DNA from: a virus
Taxonomy: Duplodnaviria; Caudoviricetes
DNA length: 53,213 nt
IMG/VR virus record: IMGVR_UViG_3300012942_000008
Location: 1 to 53,213 of that record
Direction: 5' to 3' (one strand)
Part shown: in pieces, positions 45,014 to 53,213 of the stretch
Numbering within the stretch: the stretch's first letter is position 1
How the letters are laid out: each line of letters opens with the position of its first letter
Notes under the pieces: model-generated
What the model was told of the DNA's origin: nothing
Database searches by the model: none
Seen by the model: only the letters and a program-made list of their open reading frames with translations
Position numbers and translations under genes: made by a program

Positions 45014-47444
45014 CCCCACCATCGATGGGCTCGACCCCGTCGAACGTGCAGCCGTGGCCAACACGGTGCGCAACAATCCGGCGCTGGCAGACCTGCCGTC
45101 GGAGATGCAGCACGATGCACTGGACGCCATCGTGACGCAGGTGCGTGCTCAGCGTCAGGCCGCGCGTGCCGTCATCGGCGAGTTGGAAAAGTCCCGCGAC
45201 AAGATCATCAAGGACCGCGCGGAAATCGAGCAGCGCTGGGTGGAAGACATCAACCAGTACGAGGGCGAGTCCACGCTGCCGAAGAGCAAGGAATACGCGA
45301 CCGACGGAAACGACAGCAATCGCGACACGCAGCCCAAGGTGAACCTCACTCGGGCACGCACCAACATGGCGTCGGCGCGCATTGCCGACATGCTGTTCCC
45401 GGCCAATGACCGCAACTGGGATGTGCAGCCGCTCAATGATCGCCTGAAGGCAGCGCTGGACGAGCGTGCCGCGCAATCGCAGGCCGCGGATCAGGGGCCT
45501 GCCGACGTGGCGTTGGCTCCTGGTGCCCAGCCGGGCGACGGCCAACAAAACGCCATGGTGCCCACGGGCACCCAGACCGCGCCGGCTCAAGGTGGCCAGC
45601 AGGATTCACAGGATGGCGTGACCGACAAGGATCGCTGCGACGCCATGCGCGAGGTGATCCAACATCAGCTGGACGACTCGTGGTATTCGGAGCACGGCCG
45701 CCGGATGGTCGAGGACGGCTGCAAGTTGGGCACCGGCGTGCTCAAAGGGCCGACCACGCGCCTGATTCGCCGCAAGCGCTTCGGCTTTCAGCGTGACCAG
45801 AGCGGCAAGATGGTCGCCATCTTGGACGTAATGGAAGAGCGCGTGCCACAGTGCACGCGCGTCGATCCGCGGTTCTACTACCCCGAACCCGTGCGGCGCA
45901 TGGAAGACTGCGAGCGCGGGTTCGAGCTGCACCTGATGAGCCGGTCCGAGATCAAGGAGCTGGCTGCACAGGATGGCATCGACACCGCGGCGGCCGAACT
46001 ACTGCTGACGCAGGAACCGCAACTCGGTCAGATTGGCAAAAACCTGGAACAGTGGAATCGCCGTTGCGTCCTGAAGGATGCATACCAAGGCAAATACGCC
46101 GTGTGGGAGATGCACGGCATCCTCACGTCGGAAGAGCTGACGGCGCTCGGCCTGGAGGATTTGGACGACGTATCCACGATTCCTGTGGCGGAAGTGTGGT
46201 TCTGCCAAGGCGAGGTATTGCGCGTCAGCCTGTCGGTCCTGGAAGCCGACCGACGGCCGCCGTACTGGATCTGGAACTACGAGCGCGCCGACGACACGCT
46301 GTACGGCTACGGTATCCCGTGGCTGTACCGCAACACGCAGCGCTGCATCGACAGCGTGTGGCTGATGTTGATGCACAACCTGTCGGTGTCGTCCGGCCCG
46401 CAGGTGTTCTACAAGGATGGCATCGTCAGGCCGGTCGACGGCAAATACACCATTCGCGGCCCGAAGCTCTGGCGCGTGACCGACGAAGATACGGACGACG
46501 TATCCAAGGTGTTTCGCTCCGAGACCATCGCGAACAATGCCCCGCAGCTCATGGACGTGCTGAAGCTGGCCATGGACCTGGGCGATGAAGAGATCGCGTT
46601 GTCGTCACTGGCACAAGGCAATCCAAACGAAGCCGTGCCGACGGCGGCCGGTCTGATCCAGCTGTTGAATGCCTCGAACATCGTCCAGCGTCGCTGCGCG
46701 AAGTCGATGGACGATGACGTCATCAGCCCGATGGTGGAGCGGTTCTACGTCTGGAACATGCTTCACGGTCCCCTCGACGAGATCAAGGGCGACTTTGCGG
46801 TGTCGGCGCGCGGCACCAGCGTCCTGTTGCACAAGGACATCAAGGCCCAGCACCTGCAGATCATTGCCCAGATCACGGCCGATCCGCGGTTCGCGGTGTA
46901 CCTGAAGGAAGGCGACTTCTTGCGTGAGCTGTTCGAGTCGGCCGATGTGTCCGCGCAGTTGCTGTTGCGCACCGACCAAGAGGCCGATGCGATCCGCCAA
47001 CAGCAAGCTCAGGCCCAACAACAAGGACCGAGCGCAGCCGACCAAGCCAAGGCCCAGGCGCTGTTGGCCGAAGTGCAGCTCAAGCAACAGCAGATGCAGT
47101 TGCAACAAGCCCAGTGGCAGGCCGAGCAGCAATGGCAGCAACAGGAGCGCGTGCTGTTGCACCAGGAGCGCATGGGCGAACTGCAGGACAAGGCTGACCA
47201 GCGCCAGGCGCAGCTCTACATGAAGCAGATGGAACTGCAGATCATGGCCGCCCAGCTGGCCACCAGCAAGAACATCTCGCTGGCCGAGATCGAGAAAGAC
47301 CTTCAGATTGCCCAAGGTGCCAACAACGTACAGCAGTTCGTCGCGACGATGAACGCACGGCTGAAAGCCGCCGGCATTGCCAAGGATCAGCAGGAAATGG
47401 ACCTGAAGCTGGATCCGGCCAATCGGTCTGGCACCGGAATCTGA
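44994..47444 (+). CDS. Portal protein with long Q-rich C-terminal barrel (start uncertain)
   Basis: Follows terL; LGTGVLKGP, YGYGIP, P22-like size and coiled-coil tail. Confidence 0.85.
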   Translation: MASTTGNPTIDGLDPVERAAVANTVRNNPALADLPSEMQHDALDAIVTQVRAQRQAARAVIGELEKSRDKIIKDRAEIEQRWVEDINQYEGESTLPKSKEYATDGNDSNRDTQPKVNLTRARTNMASARIADMLFPANDRNWDVQPLNDRLKAALDERAAQSQAADQGPADVALAPGAQPGDGQQNAMVPTGTQTAPAQGGQQDSQDGVTDKDRCDAMREVIQHQLDDSWYSEHGRRMVEDGCKLGTGVLKGPTTRLIRRKRFGFQRDQSGKMVAILDVMEERVPQCTRVDPRFYYPEPVRRMEDCERGFELHLMSRSEIKELAAQDGIDTAAAELLLTQEPQLGQIGKNLEQWNRRCVLKDAYQGKYAVWEMHGILTSEELTALGLEDLDDVSTIPVAEVWFCQGEVLRVSLSVLEADRRPPYWIWNYERADDTLYGYGIPWLYRNTQRCIDSVWLMLMHNLSVSSGPQVFYKDGIVRPVDGKYTIRGPKLWRVTDEDTDDVSKVFRSETIANNAPQLMDVLKLAMDLGDEEIALSSLAQGNPNEAVPTAAGLIQLLNASNIVQRRCAKSMDDDVISPMVERFYVWNMLHGPLDEIKGDFAVSARGTSVLLHKDIKAQHLQIIAQITADPRFAVYLKEGDFLRELFESADVSAQLLLRTDQEADAIRQQQAQAQQQGPSAADQAKAQALLAEVQLKQQQMQLQQAQWQAEQQWQQQERVLLHQERMGELQDKADQRQAQLYMKQMELQIMAAQLATSKNISLAEIEKDLQIAQGANNVQQFVATMNARLKAAGIAKDQQEMDLKLDPANRSGTGI

Positions 47445-47447
47445 CGC

Positions 47448-47678
47448 ATGGCACGCATCGACACCCTTTCCGACACCTGGGCGGAGGTTTCCGGCTGGGC
47501 GTCATCCGAACTGAAGAAATCCCGCGACCTGTTGGAGAGCGAGGCGACGGAACCGGCGGACACGCCGGCGCTGCGCGCCCGGATCAAGTTGCTGAAACGG
47601 TTGCTTGAACTGCCCAGCAAGACCGCACCCGCTGACGAACCCGAAGTCGCTTTCGGGATCGAGCCGCCCACGAGCTGA
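47448..47678 (+). CDS. Small head-module protein
   Basis: Lies between portal and scaffold; LRARIKLLKRLL. Confidence 0.6.
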   Translation: MARIDTLSDTWAEVSGWASSELKKSRDLLESEATEPADTPALRARIKLLKRLLELPSKTAPADEPEVAFGIEPPTS

Positions 47679-47680
47679 CC

Positions 47681-48754
47681 ATGACGATCGAGCAAACCGA
47701 CGACACCAAGACCCTGACCGAAGACGAACAGTTCGCGCAGCTGACCGCGGGCAACCCTCTGTTTGATGAAGCCGCGCCAGGTGAGCGTTCTGCGCAGGCT
47801 GATCAGCAGCAGGGTGGCGCGGATGAAGCGGCGAAAGACAAGGGCGCCGAGACCACGGCGCGTGTCGACGCTGGCGATGGCGAACAGAAGCAGGATGCAG
47901 ACACCGCTGACCAGACTGCCGCGGCGCCAGGTGATGCAGCGGATGGCGGCGGCAAAGCTGCCGATGAACCGTTCCCCGGTTACGCCACCCTGACGCCAGA
48001 AGCCCGCGAGGCCTTCGACAAGCTCGCCAACGAACGCCGCAAGTACGAGAACGATTACCGGGCGCTGCATGGAATGACAGCGCCGCTGCAACGAGGCAAC
48101 GAGGAATTGCGCCGCCAGCTCCAGGCTCAGGTGGCGCGAATCCAACAGCTGGAGCAGCTCGGACGGAAACAACAGGATGTTTCCGCCGCCAAGGATGAGG
48201 CCTTCCAGGAGTTCGACCAATGGGCACAACAGTATCCCGAGGAATCCAAGGCGCTTCTGGCCCTCGTGAATCCGCTCCGGGAAAAGGTGACAGCCCTCGA
48301 AGGGTCGCTTGGTGCGGCCCAAGCCGAGCTGGGCCACCTGCACGCCGAACGGCAGCAGGCTGCACTGGCACGGGAAGTAGGCGAGTTGGAAAAGTCCCAT
48401 CCGGACTGGCGGTCGATCCACGAATCCCAGGATTACTGGGATTGGTTGAACGCCCAGCCGCCCGGCATCCAGGGGCTCAACAGCTCGATGTATGCAGGCG
48501 ACACGATCCAGTTGCTCAACCTGTTCAAGGGCACGCGTGCACCTGCGCCAACCCCGGCACCTGCTTCTCAACAGGCCGTACCCACGGCCGCCGACAACGT
48601 CCAGCAACGCCGAAACCAGTCGCTCAAACAGGGCACCCAGCCCGCCGTGCGCAGCTCCGAATCCTCAGCCCGTCAGGGCGGGAATCAGGGCGACATGTCG
48701 GACGAAGACGCCCAGTTCGCGGCGCTGGTCGCTGACAACCCCAATTTCCGCTGA
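47681..48754 (+). CDS. Scaffolding protein
   Basis: Acidic, coiled coil, HPDW motif; directly upstream of the capsid gene. Confidence 0.75.
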   Translation: MTIEQTDDTKTLTEDEQFAQLTAGNPLFDEAAPGERSAQADQQQGGADEAAKDKGAETTARVDAGDGEQKQDADTADQTAAAPGDAADGGGKAADEPFPGYATLTPEAREAFDKLANERRKYENDYRALHGMTAPLQRGNEELRRQLQAQVARIQQLEQLGRKQQDVSAAKDEAFQEFDQWAQQYPEESKALLALVNPLREKVTALEGSLGAAQAELGHLHAERQQAALAREVGELEKSHPDWRSIHESQDYWDWLNAQPPGIQGLNSSMYAGDTIQLLNLFKGTRAPAPTPAPASQQAVPTAADNVQQRRNQSLKQGTQPAVRSSESSARQGGNQGDMSDEDAQFAALVADNPNFR

Positions 48755-48776
48755 CGAATCATAGAGGTAACCCGTC

Positions 48777-49805
48777 ATGGCTATCCGAACCTACTCGTCG
48801 ATCGATGGCGTTTCCGCCCCGATCTACTGCGAGGCCAAAGTGCTCGAGCGCGCTGGCCCGCACATCTGCCTGGATCTCGCCGCCGACCTGAAGCCGGTGC
48901 CGAAGAACTCCGGCAACGCCGTCAACTTCCGCCGGTGGCGCAATCCGGACGTGAGCACCACGCCGGTGACCGAAGGCGTTACTCCCACCGCGCGTGCGCT
49001 GGCCCACGATGACTACAACGCGACCATCAACCGGTTCGCCGAGGTCTTCGAGGAATCGCGTTACAACTACGACCTGGACGTGTGGGACAGCGTCAAGGGT
49101 GCGGCCGACGTGCTCGGCGATCTGATTCAGCGCACCCGCGAACAGGTCCGCTACAACGTCGCCAAGGCTGGCTCCAGCGTGCTGTACAACAGCTCGGCGG
49201 TCACCACCCGTGCCGGTGTGAACGGCGCCATCAGCGTCGGTCGCATCGACGTGGCGACCCGTGCGTTGGAAGCGAACAAGGCGATGACCTTCACCCAGAT
49301 GGTGCGGGCCAGTACGGCCGTCAGCACCGCGGGCGTCGAGCCGGCGTACTTCGCGTTTGGCCACACCGACCTGATGCCCGACCTGCGTCGTCTGGCCGGC
49401 TTCCGTACGGTGCCGGAGATGAGCAACATCCCGAGCGAGGCGCGCAACCCGCTGTTGCGCGGTGCGCTGGGCTCGGTGCTGTTCTTCCTGTCGCCCGAGC
49501 TGGAGCCGTTCGCGGATGCCGGTGCAGCCATCGGCACCACCGGCCTCAAGTCGACCAGTGGCGACAACGTGGACGTGTATCCGCTCATCATCATCGGCCA
49601 GCATGCACTGGGCTCGATCGCCCTGCGCGGTTCCGGTCCCGCTGGACGTGGCGCGGTGAAGGTGAACATCCTCGACCAGCCGGACAAGTCTGACCCGACC
49701 AACGAGCGCGTGTACATCAGCGCCGCGTGGTATGACCAGGCGCTGCGCCTGTCCGAGGAATGGATTCAGCGCATCGAGGTGGGTGTTACCGCCGATCCGA
49801 CCTGA
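48777..49805 (+). CDS. Major capsid protein (N4-gp56-like)
   Basis: P.N.G..V.FRR, TEGVTP, HTDL..DLR...GF, DVYP.IIIG, DKSDP.N.R. Confidence 0.88.
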   Translation: MAIRTYSSIDGVSAPIYCEAKVLERAGPHICLDLAADLKPVPKNSGNAVNFRRWRNPDVSTTPVTEGVTPTARALAHDDYNATINRFAEVFEESRYNYDLDVWDSVKGAADVLGDLIQRTREQVRYNVAKAGSSVLYNSSAVTTRAGVNGAISVGRIDVATRALEANKAMTFTQMVRASTAVSTAGVEPAYFAFGHTDLMPDLRRLAGFRTVPEMSNIPSEARNPLLRGALGSVLFFLSPELEPFADAGAAIGTTGLKSTSGDNVDVYPLIIIGQHALGSIALRGSGPAGRGAVKVNILDQPDKSDPTNERVYISAAWYDQALRLSEEWIQRIEVGVTADPT

Positions 49806-49848
49806 CCTTTGGCAGCAGTGGCCACGTGCCGGCTTCGGCCGGCGTTCG

Positions 49849-49878
49849 AGGCGCCCGGTTTCGGCCGGGCGCCTTTTT
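49849..49878 (+). terminator. Terminator after the capsid gene
   Basis: AGGCGCCCGG...CCGGGCGCCT-TTTT; preceded by a GCCGGC-TTCG-GCCGGC hairpin. Confidence 0.85.
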
Positions 49879-49892
49879 CTTGAGAGACCAAC

Positions 49893-50651
49893 ATGAACCA
49901 GAAGACTCCGCAGGAATTGCTTCTCGACTGGAGCCGCGCCGGCTTCAAGGACCTCGACCGCGAGCAGTTGAAGCAGGCCGCCGAGATGCTTGGCGTCGAG
50001 TTCGCGCCCCAGACCAACAACGAGACGTTGCGCACCAAGCTGCGCGAGGCCATTGGTACGGTTGACGGGCCGTTGCCGTCGGCTGACGTGCAGGAAATCC
50101 GCCAGGCGGTCCCGGTGCACGGTGCGTTGAGCGTGGCGGCCACGCCGCCCAACCTCACGCCGTCAGGCCGTTGGGGTGGCCGCTACCGTCGGGTGCGACT
50201 GGTGCGCACCGACTACTACAAGAACTTCATCGGCTTCCCGATCAGCTGGGAGGGCGCGCAGAAGTATTTCCACTTCGACACCGAAGTGGACATGCCGTGG
50301 CCCTACTACGAAGCGCTGCGCAACATGCGCGAGACCACGATCATCAAGACGCTGTCGGCGGACGGCCGGCGTGCCGAGACGCGCGAGGTCACCAATCAGG
50401 TGCTGCCATTCAGCGATCTGGGCGACACGCCCGGCACCGAATCGCTGCCCATCAGCATGGCCGACTACGTGCAGCGACTGGCCCGGGGTAACGACAACTT
50501 CGCGTCGACCGAGCGTCGTGACCTGGTCCGCGTGCTGCGCTGGCTGCATGGCACTCGCGCGAACGCGATGGCTCGCGACCTCACGAGCGATGAGGTGCGC
50601 GACAGGATCCTGACCTTCATCGGCGTCGACATCTACGAGGACGCTGCCTGA
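49893..50651 (+). CDS. Hypothetical head-module protein
   Basis: Position; N-terminal HeH-like L...AEMLGV...LRTKL. Confidence 0.55.
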   Translation: MNQKTPQELLLDWSRAGFKDLDREQLKQAAEMLGVEFAPQTNNETLRTKLREAIGTVDGPLPSADVQEIRQAVPVHGALSVAATPPNLTPSGRWGGRYRRVRLVRTDYYKNFIGFPISWEGAQKYFHFDTEVDMPWPYYEALRNMRETTIIKTLSADGRRAETREVTNQVLPFSDLGDTPGTESLPISMADYVQRLARGNDNFASTERRDLVRVLRWLHGTRANAMARDLTSDEVRDRILTFIGVDIYEDAA

Positions 50652-50653
50652 CC

Positions 50654-51355
50654 ATGGCCACCTTCCTGCAACTCTGCCAGCGCGTGCATCGCTATGCGCG
50701 CGTGGGCGAAGATCCTCCGGGCTCGGCGCCGGTGACGGTGACCGATCAGGATGGCGTGCTGGCCGAGATTGTGGGATGGGTTCAGGACGCGTACGAAGAC
50801 GTCCAGGCCGATCAGGATGATTGGCGCTTCCGCGAGGCCGCTGGCGACGTGCCGGTGGCGGCCGGCGAGCGTACAGTGGACGTGGCCGTCACGCTGAACG
50901 ACTACGATGTGTTGCGGCCCTACACGGCCGACTTCTGCCGCCGCCACATCCTGTGCGCCTACAGCGGGCAGGGCGCGGCGGACCGGCATCCGGTGTGGTT
51001 CGTGGAATGGGAGGACTGGCGTGGTGGCCGGTATGAGCGCGGCGAAGCCGTCGATGACATCGGTCGCCCGCAATACTTCACGATCAGGCCGGATGGCCAG
51101 CTCCGCTTGTACCCGGCCCCGGATGCGTTGGTCACGCTGACGCTGGCGTATCACCGCGTTCTGCAGGCGATGGAAGACGACAGCGACGTGCCGATCCTGC
51201 CGGAGCGGCATCACAACGTCATCGTGTGGCGCGCCTTGATGTACTACGCCGACACGCGCGACAAGACGCAGGAGCCGTACCAGAAGTGGGAGCGCCGCCG
51301 GAAGCAGGCGATGCAGCGGTTGTACCGTGACCAGCTGCCGGAACCGAGTTTCTGA
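50654..51355 (+). CDS. Head-tail adaptor
   Basis: TFLQLCQRV, GRPQYF, LYPAPD, PILPERHH..IVWRAL. Confidence 0.75.
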   Translation: MATFLQLCQRVHRYARVGEDPPGSAPVTVTDQDGVLAEIVGWVQDAYEDVQADQDDWRFREAAGDVPVAAGERTVDVAVTLNDYDVLRPYTADFCRRHILCAYSGQGAADRHPVWFVEWEDWRGGRYERGEAVDDIGRPQYFTIRPDGQLRLYPAPDALVTLTLAYHRVLQAMEDDSDVPILPERHHNVIVWRALMYYADTRDKTQEPYQKWERRRKQAMQRLYRDQLPEPSF

Positions 51356-53213
51356 TGCAGTCCTATGCACTCAAGGGTGGACTGGACCTGTCCACCAACA
51401 AGGTCGCTGTCGATCCCGGCACGCTGCAGGATTGCCTCAACTATGAGGTAGCCGACGTCGATGGCTACTCGCGCATTTCGGGTTTCGAGCGGTTCGATGG
51501 TCAGTTTCGCATGGCGGATATGCGCTACTTGCGTCTTCGCGGCGCGCTGACCAGTGGCACGTTCAAGCCGGGTGATCAGGTCATGGTGGGCGCGTCGCCT
51601 GCGTACGTCACCGCCGGCAACACCGGTGACACGTGGGCGCTGTACGCGATCATGCACAGCCGTGAGTCCTGGCCGCTGTCACTTCCGGCCGTGGTGACCA
51701 ACCTCGCGAGGCCCGGTGCCGCACAGGCAACGGCATGCGATCTACTGCCGGGCGCAGTGGGCAAACAATCTGTCGTGAACGTGGCGCGCAAGGCGCTTGT
51801 CGATGCGGCTCGGCCGCTGGTGGGCCTTGTGCCGGGCAATCCATCGACGCCCGTCGCCGGTGTCTTCTGGTTCAAGGACCGTCTTTATGCCATCCGCGAT
51901 TACCCGCTGATTTGGTTTGAGTCCGCCACGTCGTTCCCGTTCCAGATAGGCGGCACGGTCACGCTGCCCGGCGGCGTCTACACCATCATCGACATCCACT
52001 ACACCTCGGAAACCTACCAATCGGGCTACATGCTGCTGTGGCCGATCGATCAGGACGGCATTCCGATGACGGTGCCTCCGGTGGAAGGCAGCTTCATCAC
52101 ACGCCCGGGCAGCTTTACAGGGTTCGATATGGGTGGCGCTGCGATGGGCGAGTTGCCCATCGCGATGCTGGGCGGTCTCAGCTACGGCGATGCGGAAGCC
52201 CAGATCACGAGTGCCGGCGACGACGGCGCCCATCTGACGGCGGCGCTTTGGGAGGCTACGGCCACGGGCTGGCAGCCTGTGGACCTGCAGCGCGAAGTGC
52301 AGTTCACCGGAGGCACCCCGGCATTCGAGACCTTCATCACCAACAACGTGGGGCTCGGTGCCGCACCCATCACCACATCGCCGCTGGCAGGCTCGTCGGC
52401 ACGCCTCAACGGCGCGGATGTCACCGCGGCAGTGGCGGCCGCCGATGGCACCGATGCAGCGCTGAGCGGCGCAGCATCCGATGATCTGCGCGTGACGGGC
52501 TTCGATCTGTCGGCGATCCCCGATACGGCCACGATCCTCGGCATACAGGTCAGCGTAACGCGGCATGCCGATGATGGCGCGAAATGCGCGGATGCCACCG
52601 TGGAGCTGATCGGCCTGGATGGCATCTCGAACAACAAGGCACGGGCGGCCGAATGGGAAACGGCGGCCACGGCCGTCAGCTACGGCGGCGCGGCCGATAC
52701 GTGGGGGAATGCCCATCTCTCGCCGGCCGTCATCAAGGGCGTCGGTTTCGGCGTGCGCTTGGCCACGCGAGCGGTAGATGTCACGCCTTCCGGCGGCATT
52801 GATGCGGTGAGCGTGGCCATAACCTACCGTCGCCGGGATGGCGTCGTCTACGCCCATACAAGCTCCGCAGATGTCGAGCTGAGCTTGGTGGATGTGCAGC
52901 TGATCACTGGCAACTGGGCCGACAGTGACGGGGCCGGCTGGCTGGTACTCGGATTGCCGGGCGGTGGCGCCGCAACCCTGGGCGCCGACATGGAGATTCG
53001 TTCCGCGGCGGCCGGCGGCGGCGACCTTCTGGCCACCACGGCAAGTACCGATCAGCCCATCCGTCTGGCGGGCTGGAATGACCTGCAGGAACAGGCCAGC
53101 CAGTACCAGTTTGTCTGCACCAATTTCTATGGCGAGGCCGAGTACGAAGGCGTCTATGGCGTATCGGGCGCAGCTCCTGCGTTCACCTACGACGGCCATC
53201 GGTGCATGACGGT
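51355..53213 (+). CDS. N-terminal part of the tail nozzle/tubular-type protein (continues at 2-1234)
   Basis: TGATG coupling; MQSYALKGGLDL...DCLNYE...GY.RI.GFERFDG; open to the window end, so absent from the ORF track. Confidence 0.75.
   Translation, partial: MQSYALKGGLDLSTNKVAVDPGTLQDCLNYEVADVDGYSRISGFERFDGQFRMADMRYLRLRGALTSGTFKPGDQVMVGASPAYVTAGNTGDTWALYAIMHSRESWPLSLPAVVTNLARPGAAQATACDLLPGAVGKQSVVNVARKALVDAARPLVGLVPGNPSTPVAGVFWFKDRLYAIRDYPLIWFESATSFPFQIGGTVTLPGGVYTIIDIHYTSETYQSGYMLLWPIDQDGIPMTVPPVEGSFITRPGSFTGFDMGGAAMGELPIAMLGGLSYGDAEAQITSAGDDGAHLTAALWEATATGWQPVDLQREVQFTGGTPAFETFITNNVGLGAAPITTSPLAGSSARLNGADVTAAVAAADGTDAALSGAASDDLRVTGFDLSAIPDTATILGIQVSVTRHADDGAKCADATVELIGLDGISNNKARAAEWETAATAVSYGGAADTWGNAHLSPAVIKGVGFGVRLATRAVDVTPSGGIDAVSVAITYRRRDGVVYAHTSSADVELSLVDVQLITGNWADSDGAGWLVLGLPGGGAATLGADMEIRSAAAGGGDLLATTASTDQPIRLAGWNDLQEQASQYQFVCTNFYGEAEYEGVYGVSGAAPAFTYDGHRCMT
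53091..53213. repeat. Terminal overlap (copy 2)
   Basis: Identical to 1-123. Confidence 0.97.

Noticed and set aside
53091-53213. Biological direct terminal repeat
   Set aside because: It falls mid-gene with the frame continuing; best explained as assembly overlap of a circle.

Overview
The window is a complete, circularly assembled temperate phage genome of 53,090 bp (bases 1-123 repeat at 53091-53213). It is GC-rich, podovirus-like and lambdoid in organisation; a Xanthomonadales-type gammaproteobacterial host is an inference only. It has an attP (3' half of tRNA-Lys UUU) beside a tyrosine integrase and excisionase, and a leftward early operon (YqaJ exonuclease, RecT-like, DUF2303). A cI/cro switch with matching 17-bp operators is followed by two DNA methyltransferases, an iteron-containing initiator, nin-type genes, a Q-like gene and a lysis cassette. 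The structural region has terminase, portal, scaffold, N4-gp56-type capsid, tail genes and ejection proteins, including a 2772-aa polyvalent protein. The standout is a complete diversity-generating retroelement (Avd, TR, RT) inside the EARLY operon. One 117-bp template repeat is mirrored in three dispersed small Lcl/DUF1566-like (CLec-fold) genes, none of which is a tail fibre. By hand alignment, all 51 TR-VR mismatches fall on TR adenines. The TR is also in frame within the 5' end of the RT ORF. Family assignments come from motif recognition, not database searches.
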